Notes: generated by a model not told the origin, from the letters alone. Numbered from the stretch's first letter, positions 51,329-62,924 are shown. The stretch is 64,000 nt of DNA from Macrostomum lignano (GCA_002269645.1 NIVC01003269.1:43892-107891), one strand, 5' to 3'. Made by a program: numbers and translations.

Positions 51329-51679
51329 ATGAGTACCATGAAGAACTTGCGCTTTCTGCTAGGAGATCTAGCACGACAGTCGCAGGAGCATTGTGATAAA
51401 GCTGACGTCCGCTGGACTTGCACTATCGTGGTCCTGGTGGTGCTGGGGGCACTAGTGTTACTGTCACTGTTGGGCCAGTGCTCGGTCTGCCAACAGTGCT
51501 ATCGTTGTTGCCGTCGCTGTTGCTGTCGCGCGGGCCCATCAGAAACACCGGCCGCCGCGGCCGACGCGGAAGCGCCTTCGGTGGAGTCGGTAGAAGCGGC
51601 CGTGTTAGCGCCCTGGCTGCTCTGCCGGCTCTGCCGTCCTTTGAACGTTACAACGGCCTTTTTCAGGGCCACCACATGA
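51329..51679 (+). CDS. Small single-pass membrane protein with Cys/Arg cluster, antisense within the putative retroelement
   Basis: ATG at 51329; TM segment WTCTIVVLVVLGALVLLSLLG followed by QCSVCQQCYRCCRRCCCR; TATA-like gtatataa at ~51232. Confidence 0.5.
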   Translation: MSTMKNLRFLLGDLARQSQEHCDKADVRWTCTIVVLVVLGALVLLSLLGQCSVCQQCYRCCRRCCCRAGPSETPAAAADAEAPSVESVEAAVLAPWLLCRLCRPLNVTTAFFRATT

Positions 51680-52265
51680 TGTGATGCCGAAGTTGTCAGA
51701 TGAGCAGACTGAGCAGTCATGAAAGAACAGACGTTGTTGAGCCATATGCCTTAGTGCTAGTTGGTTGACTTAGGTGGAAGCAGCACCAGAGGTCGAGCGA
51801 CTTGCAAAAACCAGGCATAAAATAGAGCGGCAGCTGGGTAGAGCAAAGTTGTTGTTCGACTTTGGCTGAGGCAGCGCCAGAGACAGCAGTAGGCAGAGAC
51901 CAGGCATAGAGCGGCAGTTGTGTAGAGCAAGGTTGTTGTTTGAAGTTGGTTACAGCAGCGCCAGGGGCAGCAATTGGCAAAGACCAGGCACAGAGCAGCA
52001 GTCGTGTAGGTCAGGGTTGAGCAGGGTTGAGCAGGGTTGAGCAGGGTTGGGCAGGTTAGTGCGTGATGACGTTCGAAAAAGCAGTTGACAGAATAACAGA
52101 GAAAAAAATAGCATAGGCTTTACAAAGGTTAGCGCAAAATAACGGAGGAGTAATAGGCAGAGAAACGGAAAATATTTGTGAGTATTTTTTGGGAAAAAAT
52201 GTGTGGCGTTTCAACGCTCAATATTGGAGAAAAAGCGGATTAAAATAGTGAGCGATGATGGTGAA

Positions 52266-53234
52266 TCAAATCATATAAAAAACGTATGCCAGTCGAGCAA
52301 AATTAATATTAAGATCAGAAGGAGGAGAATGCTTAATACGCTTGATGGAGAAGGTATGAAGAGCGGCATACTCTGGCAAGGTGTTAGGGTAGCCAACATG
52401 AGCATTTCGTATACGGTGAATATTGTATAAATATCGACGAAGCGGAGGACAAGAGAAAGGGAAGATAGTATGGGCAACTACCGAGCGAGAATAAAAATCG
52501 ATAATTATAAAAGCAAAGCTTCTTGAACGCGTTGAGAGAATGAAAACAGCGTGGGTGAAGAAAAAATTGTGCGGATACAGACGATTTAGCGTGCGTATGA
52601 TAGCGCTCTTAGTAGGACGGGGAAAAAACGGAGCAAAAATTTGATAAACATAAGGGGCGAGATAATCGAAGGAGGTTAAATAATTTTGGAGCGTAGATGT
52701 TAACTTTTGCGCCGAAAGATTAGCAGCATCATGGCGGAATTGTTGCCATGGGTAGCGCAGAGAGGAAAGCAACAAAGGCCAAGTGTCTTGGTTAAAGCGC
52801 AGGCATGATTGAGGGAGAGTAGAAGCAGAGAGTTGAAAGAAATCGTCGATAGACATATTAGGAGAGAAAAGAAAATGTATAATTGGTACGAAGCTGCGGC
52901 GTAGAACGCCAGTCATAGTGGGAGAAAAGTTCTGTATACGTGGTCGTGAGTGAGTACGACGCAGCACACCAAATAGACTAATTCGCAGGACGCGGAGCAT
53001 CTTAGGATAAAAGCGATGATGGCGGATAACATAAAAACGAGAGAAGAAAGCGGAGGCCATGCGTAGCCGTTGGGATTCACCAATAGTTTCAGAATAAAAT
53101 ATTGCTTCAGTGAACCAAGCAACAACGGTTGCGAGGCAAATAAGATCATGATTTAACTGTGGTCGGATATCCACTGGTTGCGAAAATGGATCCATAAGAG
53201 AAAGGAAAAAGGGAGAAAAGCAATAGATACACAA
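52266..53234 (-). CDS. Accessory ORF (~310-320 aa) downstream of integrase, unknown function
   Basis: Open 322-codon non-repetitive frame on the element's sense strand, set between T-rich spacers. Confidence 0.6.
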   Translation of the reverse strand: MCIYCFSPFFLSLMDPFSQPVDIRPQLNHDLICLATVVAWFTEAIFYSETIGESQRLRMASAFFSRFYVIRHHRFYPKMLRVLRISLFGVLRRTHSRPRIQNFSPTMTGVLRRSFVPIIHFLFSPNMSIDDFFQLSASTLPQSCLRFNQDTWPLLLSSLRYPWQQFRHDAANLSAQKLTSTLQNYLTSFDYLAPYVYQIFAPFFPRPTKSAIIRTLNRLYPHNFFFTHAVFILSTRSRSFAFIIIDFYSRSVVAHTIFPFSCPPLRRYLYNIHRIRNAHVGYPNTLPEYAALHTFSIKRIKHSPPSDLNINFARLAYVFYMI

Positions 53235-53499
53235 AATGTTGTTTTAGCGTGTGAGCTCTGCAATGTAAAGAGGGAAAAGAAAGAAAATTTTTGTAGCTTT
53301 TTGTTGATAAAACAGAAAATAAAAGTTCATTTGTGTCAGTTCGTCAATATAGTCACGTAAAGTGTCGCAATGCAGGGAGAGAGAGCAAAATTGTTAGAAA
53401 AGAAGGAAAGAAAAGAAGAAGAGAAAGAAAGGAAGAGAAAGCAATATTGTCAGTTAAGGAAAAGAAAGGAGAAAAGAAATTTAGAAGATTTTTGATCAT

Positions 53500-54975
53500 T
53501 CACAACTTCTTGTTCTTCGATCTTAGGTTGTAGCCATGCGTCTGTGGCTGGACTGGTGGCTCATCAGTGGACGTGGTTTGCAGCGCGATGGACTTGCTCA
53601 ATGGCGGCCGATGGTTGTGGTGGACCTGAATGTCATCAGTTGTAAACTCAGGTAGGTGACTAGGTCCAGCGCTGAGTCCATCTCCAGGCCATGGTTTCAG
53701 CTTGGAGGCATGTACCACGATTGGTCGTTCGCTTGGCCGGTTGACGTAAAAAATTAGTGCGTTCTGATCGGAGAGCCATGCTAGTATACGCATTGGGCCA
53801 CGATAAGGATTGGAGAATTTTGTCTCCTTCGTTGCTGAGACATCCAAATAGCATCGAGCACCTGGGCGTATGTAGCGGCTGTTGGTCTTCTTATCAGAGT
53901 TTTCAGCGCGCTGTTCAGCTGAGTTGTGCAGAAGTTCCTTGGCGACTTCTCTGGCAAGCAAAATAGCTGAACAGGTCAAATTGACTGGTTTAATAACGTC
54001 CATGGATGCAGTTGTCTGGTGTTCCATGATTCGTGCGTTGGGTGGCAGGAAGTCTCGAGCGAAGAACAAGTAGAATGGTGATTCGTTCATCGTTGAGTGG
54101 GCGGCAGTATTGATTGCTAGTGTCACCGCAGGTAGGAAGTCAATCCAGAGATCTGGTTTGTCATGGACGAAGGCCGTAAGAGTTTGCTTCAGTGTCTTGT
54201 GTGCGCGTTCGACGAAGTTGCTGGATGGTTGGTACACCGAGGTGTAGATCAGGTGTATTCCAAGGGCACCCATAAACTCTCGAAATTCTTGCGAGATGAA
54301 TTGGGGTCCATTGTCTGAGATGATGTGTGCTGGTAGTCCTGCGAAAGCGAACACACGGTTGAAGAGGTTGTTGCAGATAGTTGCAGAAGTTGTCTCAGTT
54401 AGCGGGATAGTGAACAGGAATTTGCTAACGCCGCATTGGGCCGTGAGTATGTACTTGTAGACGTCGCGGCCGTGTGAAGCTGGTGGCAGTGGACCTACAA
54501 GGTCAATAGCCAAATGAGAGAAAACCTCGTTGAATTTTACGGCTTTGTGCATTGGTCGCAGTCGAGGTGCTGTTTTCGCTTTGTGGCAGACTTTGCAGTT
54601 GTTAACGAAATTGTAGACATCTTGTCGTAGTGTAGGCCAGTAATAGAAGTGACTGATTTTGTCTGCTGTCTTTTGGTGACCTAGATGACCACCAAGGGCT
54701 GTCGAGTGGTTGCTTGTCAAAAGAGCTTCACGATAGCGTGTTCGTATCACGAAGCGGCTTCGTCCTTCGTCATCTTCAAAGTACAGGGTGTTTCCGTCCA
54801 GGAAATAACGTGCCAGGTATCGGCGAACATATTGTTGATCTTTCTTGGACAGCTCGTGTGTGGGTGACTGTTCCGATAGAAGCGCTTTGATTGTAGACAA
54901 TAGTGGATCTTGATCAATAGCAGCCTGCAGTCCGTTGAATGTTGACAGCGATTGTATCTGACAGACTTTGGGATG
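53500..54975 (-). CDS. Gypsy integrase (HHCC zinc finger + DDE core + GPY/F-like tail)
   Basis: H...GHLG...WPTL...CKVC; IDLVGPLP; ISDNGPQF; VERAHKTLK; YRGPMRI. The frame is open upstream to PKVCQIQSL at ~54975, where it meets the RNase H frame via a 1-nt shift. Confidence 0.93.
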   Translation of the reverse strand, partial: HPKVCQIQSLSTFNGLQAAIDQDPLLSTIKALLSEQSPTHELSKKDQQYVRRYLARYFLDGNTLYFEDDEGRSRFVIRTRYREALLTSNHSTALGGHLGHQKTADKISHFYYWPTLRQDVYNFVNNCKVCHKAKTAPRLRPMHKAVKFNEVFSHLAIDLVGPLPPASHGRDVYKYILTAQCGVSKFLFTIPLTETTSATICNNLFNRVFAFAGLPAHIISDNGPQFISQEFREFMGALGIHLIYTSVYQPSSNFVERAHKTLKQTLTAFVHDKPDLWIDFLPAVTLAINTAAHSTMNESPFYLFFARDFLPPNARIMEHQTTASMDVIKPVNLTCSAILLAREVAKELLHNSAEQRAENSDKKTNSRYIRPGARCYLDVSATKETKFSNPYRGPMRILAWLSDQNALIFYVNRPSERPIVVHASKLKPWPGDGLSAGPSHLPEFTTDDIQVHHNHRPPLSKSIALQTTSTDEPPVQPQTHGYNLRSKNKKL

Positions 54976-57130
54976 CGTGAAAGGCAGTCTGCTACTACAT
55001 TTGATTTGCCCTTCACGTAGTTAAGGGTGAAGTTGTAATCTTGTATCGCTAGAATCCACTTCTGAAGTCGTTTTGAAATTGGCTGCTTGTCGCTGAATAG
55101 GCTCTTGAGTGGCTGGTGATCAGTGAAGACGTGGAACTGTTGGTAAGAAGCGTAGAGGAACATGTGTAGCTTCTTTATTGCCCAATAGATGGCGTATGCT
55201 TCGCGTTCAATCGGTGGATAGCGTTGTTCAGTTGAGCTTAACGTCTTAGAGATGTAGGCAACCGGGCGTTGATGGTTGTTGTCATCTAGCTGTGAGAGTA
55301 CTGCTCCAATGGCGGTATCCGAGGCGTCAGTGTGCAGGAAGTACGGTTTTCGCGGATTTGGATGAACCAGTAGTATGTCCGTAGAGAGAAGTTGTTTCAA
55401 TTTTTCAAAGGCTGTTTGGGCAGCGTTCGTCCAGACGAATTTGTTAGGCTTCGAAGTATTTTTGATAATACTCAGAAGTGGTTGTACTACTCGTGAGTAG
55501 CCAGCAATGTGCGTTCTGTAGAAATTTGCAAGTCCAAGGAAAGATTGTAGTTGTTTAACCGTTTGAGGCACAGGAAAGGTCTTGATTTTTTCGATAAGGC
55601 TGGGAGCTGGTCTAATGCCTTGAGCAGAAACCACAAATCCAAGACATTGTACCTCTGTTTTAGCAAAGATGCATTTTCGGAGTGAAATTCGCAATCCATG
55701 ATGTCGTAACTTTTGGAAGAAGCGCTCAACTTCTTTGAGCATGCCGGTGAAGTCTTCGGCGATGAGCATGACGTCATCCAAGTAGGCAATCTGATTTGGA
55801 GAGTCAGCTGTTAACAATGCTACAAGACGGCACATTAAGCTAGGACTGGATTTGAGTCCTTGAGGTAGTCGATTGAATTCCCAAAGTAGGCCGTTCGGTG
55901 CAATGAACGCAGTGTATTTTGTGCTTTCTGGATCGATTCGAACTTGGTAGAAAGCATCTGCTAGGTCACAGAGTGTGTACAGTTTAGCGTTCTTCAATCG
56001 ATGTAGCAAATCCGGAATCTTCGGAGGTCGGATGCTAGGAGCACGAATTAGCTTGTTCAGTTTTCGGTAATCCGTCACGAGTCTTAGCTGTCGACGACCT
56101 TGAGCGTCGAGCGTCTTCTTTTCCACGAGAAGACATGGACTCGAGTATTCAGATTCACTCGGACTGATAATTCCTTTTTGACGGAAGTTTTCGATAAGTT
56201 CGTCAAATCGTTCTTGTAATCCATGAGCGATTGGATACGGTCTGGACGTGACTGGCTCAGAGTGTGGGTACAGATGCAGGTGAGCCGTGTATTGGGTAGA
56301 GCAACCCATATCAGTTGGCAATAGTGCCAAGACGTCACGGTACTTGTTCATCAGAGTGACCAATTGTTCACTCTGCTCGGCTGAGAGGTGCTGGTTGGCT
56401 TGTTTGAGTTGAGTACGAATCATGTCAGTCGTAGGTGCTTCTTGTTGCAGCGTACGTAGACTGTTGATTTGAGCTGCTGGGCGCACGATGTTGTAGTCAG
56501 ACATGTTGGCCAGATTTCCAATGACTTGTTGAGGATGCAAGGTTTGTGTTGTCAGCGACGGGTTGGTGACTTCTACGTTGATAGTTTGTCCGTCCGGGTT
56601 GACAGAAACAAGGCAAGTTGGTATCATCAACTGGTGTTTTCGGATCGTGTGGTCCTTAGGGACGAATAGAACAGGAATCGTTGGCTCATGTCGAGAAGAA
56701 AGTTTCAACGTAACTTGATGCGTTGTCTGTGGTGGTAACTCTAGTTTCTTTTGCATCACTGCAGAGGTTTCTTTCAACTGTTGAATTGAGTTGAGCATCG
56801 CAAATTGCTCATTGCCGAGCTTAGCTGTCGCTTTTGAGTAGTCGAATTGTAGTGGTATTCCCAGTGATTTGAAGGTTTCCACTCCTAGAAGCAAGTCATA
56901 GTCAGCGTCGGGAGTATCTAGCACAAAGGCTGATATCTTGTGGTTTCGTCCATCGATTTCGAGATCAAAAGTAGCCTTTTTATTGAGGTTTAGTTGTTGT
57001 CCTCCTGCACAAATGGCGTTCATGTTGGTATCTTGTAGTGGTACTCGAAGCTTCTTGGCGAATGCCGGAGAGATGCAGGAGATCGAGGCGCCGCTGTCAA
57101 TGAGGGCGGTGCATCTGTGTCGAGTATGCG
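54975..57130 (-). CDS. Gypsy protease - reverse transcriptase - RNase H
   Basis: LIDSGASISC (~57095); YSSPCLLVEKK, RLVTDYRKLN, DLADAFYQV, RLPQGLKSSP, YLDD (~55780); LHTDASDTAIGAVL, EREAYAI, TDHQPL, ADCLSR. Confidence 0.95.
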
Positions 57131-57439
57131 GTGCTTTGCGGCACCACAGGTTGATCATTGTTGCTGTTGTTAGGTGCTTTAAAACAAAGGCGTATGAGTA
57201 GTTTGCTGGCCATTTTGGAACTTTCGGTTCTGGTGGTGGTCTCCGTGGTGGCGGAAGGGTGGCACGAAGTTCAATCGTTTCGATGGGTGCTGAAGGTGTT
57301 GGCGCTTGTCTCGGTGGCATCAGTTGTTGTTGTTGGGAGTAGTCGTTTTGTGATTCTACTCGAGTTGGAGTTCGTTGTTGCCGCAGCACTTGTATAGTGT
57401 GCGTTCTGCCGTAACGGATGGTGCTGGCAACGCATAGTC

Positions 57440-60205
57440 GGCCAAGATTGCACACGAAGATAATAACGGCAATGTAGACAATTACAGCTGCTGTTAATAC
57501 GAACTTTTCTTGATAGTTTGCGACTAGTCGATCCCAGTTGAATATCGTCGAAGACCATAGATTGAGGAGAGCTAATTTTGAGTCCAGGAATGCACTGTCA
57601 GCATGGGCTGTTCTGTGTCGTGTTCGATTCGGGAGTTTGAAAACCGTAATCAGGAAATCGCGAGTTTGCATGAACTGGTGCATTAGGTCGGTCACCGCTA
57701 TCGGGCTATGAAGTGAAGTATAATTGATATCTCCCATAGGTTTGAAGATGCTTTCGGAGACGGAAGTTTGCGAATCGGACAACCGATAATTTTCATCGGA
57801 TCTGACATTAGCGGTTGTGGGTTCGAATCTCAAAAAATTTAGTGTGGTCTTGAATAGCATCGATTGTTTAGGCAGGTAGTAGTATGGGAAGGCGTCGCAT
57901 GAGATTAGAGCTGGAGTAGCTGTGGAGACAATACGAGTCGTTGTGTCCAAAAACCCAAGAACAGTATAATTTTGTAGGCGGAATTCCAGTGGGGGACGCA
58001 TGAAGCATTGGTTCGTCTTATACTTTGGTTGGACAAAGCAGAATTGATGTAGAGGTTTGCACTGGTAGACGAAGAGGTATCCAGCAATGGATCTAGTTCG
58101 CAAGAAAGGATCATTTAATAAGAGTCGAGCAGCGAGCGTTGGTTGTGTGTAGTATAACTGTCGGTTGTACTTGAGATTAGTTGCGTACATCATGCATTGA
58201 GTAGTTGCAAGTTGTCTCTGCACTTGGAGAAGGTCTTTTCGAGCTTTACTAGCAGCTCCTTGTAGTTGTCCAGCAAGAAGTTCAGCGGATGCGAACGTTG
58301 ATGAGAGTTGCGCAGTGGAGTTGCCTGAAGGGGCTGCGATGGTTTTGTCGTCTGTGCTTCGCTTGTTGCGTGGTAGTAGCAGGAGGTCCGGTTGACTACC
58401 TTTTGGTTCGTGATGTGGAACTGCTAGATTCGTATAAATAGAAGCCAGTTGCGGATTGGTTGTTGTCGTTGGTAGGTTCGTCGTGAAGGTCGAGGTGGTA
58501 GACTTTGCTGGTGCACTGGTTGTGCTGCTAGAGGTTGAGGTTGCTGGCAGTAGAGTGGTGGTGGCACGAGGTTGTGTCGTCACTTTCGTTGTCGTTGTAG
58601 TTGAGTCGGCTGTCGTTGTTGCTGCTGAGGTTGTAGCAGTTGTGGTTGTTGGAGTTGTCGGTGTTACGGTTGTTGTAGGTGTTGTTGTCGTTGTAGTCAG
58701 TGGCATTGTCGTTGTAGTCAGTGGTGTTGTCGTTGTAGTCGGTGGTGTTGTCGTTCTAGTCAGTGGTGTTGTCGTAGTCGGTAGTGTTGTCGTTGTAGTC
58801 GGTAGTGTTGTCGTTGTAGTCGGTGGTGTTGTTGTAGTCGGTGGTGTTTTCGTTGTAGTCGGTGGTGTTGTTGTAGTCGGTGGAGTTGTTGTTGTCAAAA
58901 TTGTAGTTGTTGGTGTTGATTTTGTAGTAGTTAGTATCGTAGTTGTTGGCGTCATTGTTGTAGAGGTACTTGACGTCGGTGGATGATCAGGTCGTTCTTG
59001 TCGTAAAGGTTGCGGCGGTAGGAGTTGTCGTGACTGTGTTGTCGTAGTGGAAGGATGTTGAGTTGTCGATTGCTGAACTGGTAATATAGTTGGTGGCGTT
59101 GGTAGTATGGCTGGTGGTGAACGACGTTTTTGTCTCGAAGAAGTGGTTTCTTTGCTAATTTGAGGTTTTGGAGTGGCTTCCTCTAATGGGCTTCGTAAGG
59201 TGGCGAGAAAGTCTGCTTCTTTGTTGTCAAGGATGTCTACGTAGAGACCTTGCGTTGAAAGGTACAATGTCTTACGGACGCCAGTGCAGGTGAGAGTGTG
59301 AGTCGACGGCACTGGGTTGAAGGTTAGTCCCAATTTTTGGTCATTAGTTAAGAACAAGCCGGAGTTTAAGTTGCCTTCAAGAGTACGAAATGGTTTTAAA
59401 GGACAATCAGCGAGCGGTGGAGGTGTCCAAATGAGATTCAGGTGTCTTGGTTCTTTCACGTCAATTTGGTAGATTGCTTCAGTTTCCAAAGGATCCCAGG
59501 GAGATGTTAGTATCGGCAAAGGTAGGTTGAAAGCTCGCATTTCTTGTGCAGTTGTTTTAATTGTACAAAATTTGTCTGCGAGTTTGCAGTTGTCCATTGG
59601 GAAGGAAAAAGATTCCATTTTTTGATCTGCTGTTGAGTAGGCTGGGATTCCGGTGATCACCGTTGTTACTATTTGTTCTGAATGGGAACCAGGAGTGCAA
59701 CGCACAGCATTTTGCGTGTTGAATGTCGATTGCAGGCGTTGGATAGACTGAGTTGACGCAGTCTTTAGCACTAATGATCCATCAGGCGATAGCTTTGTTC
59801 GCGCCCAATTTTCACAATCAGCTTTGGTGACTGGTTGTGGCTCTAACTCTACTAGGGCGGATGTCCAGGTTCTTACCACCGCAGTATCACATCTAATAGT
59901 GATTTTCTCGCGAAAACAGACAGTCATGACCAGGGAGCTGGTTTCGACGTTAGTTTTGTAGAGTTCTAGTTTTAACGGAAGTGCCGGTGTGGTTTTGGTT
60001 TGAGCTGTTCACAACGGATTTCGTGTGGTATCGTAAAGATTCGTGGGATCTGGTTGTACGGACAGACCATTGGCGTGTCAATGAAGCCCTCTTGAGATTG
60101 TCTTTCGATCGATGGTGGAGTTGACGTCGTTACCGGAGTAGCGTTGGCTAGTGAGAAGAGTGAAGTTACTAGGCAAAGGAGAAAAAGTGCCAGTAGTGAT
60201 TGGCG
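57440..60205 (-). CDS. Envelope glycoprotein, class III (gB/chuviral/Tas-like), located between gag and protease
   Basis: Internal signal peptide QSLLALFLLCLVTSLFSLANA; Cys-patterned ectodomain (VCP...IFTIP...C; DCENW; NCKLADKFC; LIWTP...DC; QLQ...QC...QPTLAARLLL...VYQCKP); Thr-rich mucin insert; furin-like RQKR and RNKR; TM FVLTAAVIVYIAVIIFVC. In frame with gag at its 5' end and with pol at its 3' end. Confidence 0.75.
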
Positions 60206-62050
60206 AATTCCAACGGAAGCTTTCACGGTATTCTCGCGGTTGTTGTTGTTGTTCGGTGGAGTGTAGGCGTTAGTCACTCTTTCAACCGTACAAAGGCGAA
60301 TAGAGTTGATAGTCGCAGCGGCAGTAGTCGGTTTTTTGAGTAAAGATTTCAGCTGCTTAGCGTCTCCAGAGTAGCGAATTTCGTTTCCAAAAGTCGGTGG
60401 GCGTTCATCAACTGTAGCAATGTGCATCAGTTGGGCAGACTCGGGAGCGTCGTGAGTCGTCCATCCAATCTGCGGCTGTTGATTCCATCCTGGGTGGGAC
60501 GTTTCAGGATCCTGAGCAGTGATGGCGCGTATTGGAGGATATTGTTGTTGCGCGAATCTCAGAGCTTGTCGTTGATTGTTGGTGTCGTTGTATCGAGGCG
60601 GATAGCGTTGCTGAGGCCGATTTCTGTAGTCTTGACGAGGTGGGAATCGTGATTGTTGTGTCGCCGGTGGACCGTAGCCTTGTGTACGTTGGGCTCGTAG
60701 TCGGCACTGGTTAATAGAGTGTCCTGGTTTCCGGCAATAGTTACAGGTCAACCGTGGCGGCGCCTGCTGGTAGCGATTTCGCGAGGCGTCCGAGCCGTAG
60801 TGAGCTGCGTTTCTTCGATCGTCAGAGTTAGGTCGGAAGGGACGAGGCTGTTCGTCATTCCTTCGACGACAGTCGGCGGCATAATGTCCAGGTCGACCGC
60901 AATGATAACAAGTCGGCTTTTGTTGCACATTAGCAGTGAGTGGCTTGGTTTGTGTTTGCAGAGAGGCAACTACCTGTTGATTGGCTTCCTTCGTTGTTTT
61001 CTCTAGGGTTGTTAGGCGCTCAGTCAGAGCCTTCAAGTCAGTGCCATCAGAGTCCATGGTGGAGTCGCGGATTTGTTCAACGCGGATGGCCTTGTTGATT
61101 AGCGTACTTTCCGTGGTGATATTTTGCTTCAAGAGTTCTCGTTTGATGTAGGGTAGAGCATTGTTGATAGTCGTAGCCATCAGGGTAGCGAGAAAGTCTC
61201 GGTTTCGCTGGTCGATGACAGCTTGGTTCGCGGGTGGTGTTTCCGGACCGGCATCTTCCGGAAATTCTTCCGGTATTTCCGGCATAGCTGACCGGAGCTT
61301 TCGACGAATGTCGGTGAAATAGGACAGGAACGGTTCGCCGTACTGTTGCTTCCGGGTTGTTGCATTATGCAGCGTTAGAGCCGAACCAATGGTTACTTCC
61401 CAAAGGCGTTGAGATAGTGCCTCAATGGTGGCTGGATAAGAGGCTTGGACCACGGCAGAAAGGCGACTGTATTCGAGTTTAAGAAGGTCATTCAGTAGTC
61501 GCGGGAAGAGCCGAATCTTTGCGTTCTCCGATAGTCCAAAGGAGCGTGTGATCAAGTCGAACTCTTCAGTGAAGGAACGGAAGTCATGCATTTGGTCGAT
61601 TCCTTTCAGGGATTGACGAATTTTAGCAAGAGCAGTAGCTGAGACGGGATGATTCGATTGCAATTGTAGACTGCGATTCATAACATCAGTGAGTTCGCGG
61701 ACAGCATTTGTGGCTGCAGCATCAACATGGGGAGCGGCTTCCTGATCAGCCATGTCTAGAGTAGATTCTTCAGCAATAGCGTTTGGGACTTGTTGAACTG
61801 TTTCGTCCACGTCTGTTAGAATGGAACTGGGTTCTGGCGAGTGTGCACGGTTGTGTTCAAAATGATCCGCAAGAGGGTTATTAAGCTCAACGTTATCTGG
61901 TACAAACGGATTAGGAACTGGTGAACTATTTCGTGGAGGCTGTTCGCCTACTTGACGGTCAGAAATTTCTAAATTTTGTTGAGGAGGTCTGTTAAGATTT
62001 GAGCTTTGGAATACTGGTCCGGAAAGTAAATCTCGGACAGGTGAGGTCAT
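60206..62050 (-). CDS. Gypsy Gag with two CCHC zinc knuckles
   Basis: Capsid-like helices (FTEEFDLITRSFGLSENAKIRLFPRLL; RKQQYGEPFLSYFTDIRRKL) and knuckles CYHCGRPGHYAADC and CNYCRKPGHSINQC. Probable ATG at 62050. Confidence 0.92.
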
Positions 62051-62924
62051 CAACAAGAATACGATCAATAATTTCGGGGGAACGATATCACAGAAATGTA
62101 ACTGATAGCAAAATAAAGAGAGAGTGTCAAGTTCAAAGTGAGCAAACGGCAATGGCTTTCAGGGTTGCGGTTGGCGGACTGGCTGGGGAAGGGAGAAAAA
62201 GAGAGACTGTGTGATTTTTTGAACTGTGATCTGCAACGAGCTTTGAAAATCGAAGTAATTTTGAATTGAACTGCCTTTTTAATCGGTTCTGAAACTTTTA
62301 TCGAAACTGATAAACTGATAAAAGAGCTCCTGAATGTTGGACTAGACGGACATCAGTGGTGGCCAATAAAATCGAATTTGTATCATTGAAATCGGCAGTT
62401 TTCTTTTTCTTGAAGTCGGCAGTTTTTTCTTCTGAGAATTTGTTCTGGCTTTTGAATTTCGCATTTGAATTTTGAATTTTCTGACGAGTTTCAGCTAGGG
62501 GGTTAATTTCATAATTTAAGCAAACGTAGAGTATTGTTTTTGTACCGGTAGTTTTGTAAATTTTCTATTTTTAATTTTTGAAATTTTATAATTTTTATTG
62601 ATCGGACTGATCATTTTGTAAATTTAACATGATAAGAGCACTACGGATTATACGCAATGAACTATAAACAATTGTATTGTTTTTTGTGTTTTCCTGGTTT
62701 TATTGTTTTTTTTGCAATCTAATGATCATTTTGAGTTTGTCGCAGGCTACGAAAACACTATGTGAATAGTCTAGCATAGATAAAGCGAAGAAAAATAAAT
62801 GGAGACGTGCTTTTTGAGGTTTTGAATTTTATAATTTTTGTCGATCAAAGGATCATTTTCAAAATAGTGTTTACACAATACAGTTGAGAAGGTAACAGAA
62901 AGTGAGTTGGAAATGAAACTGTGC

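Noticed and set aside
58456-58986. Val-rich + strand ORF resembling a membrane protein
   Set aside because: It is the antisense shadow of the Thr-rich mucin segment of env.
59960-60000. Programmed -1 frameshift between the gag-env and env-pol frames
   Set aside because: The target frame has a TAG downstream of the first frame's TAA, so one -1 shift cannot work; two single-base homopolymer insertions explain it better.
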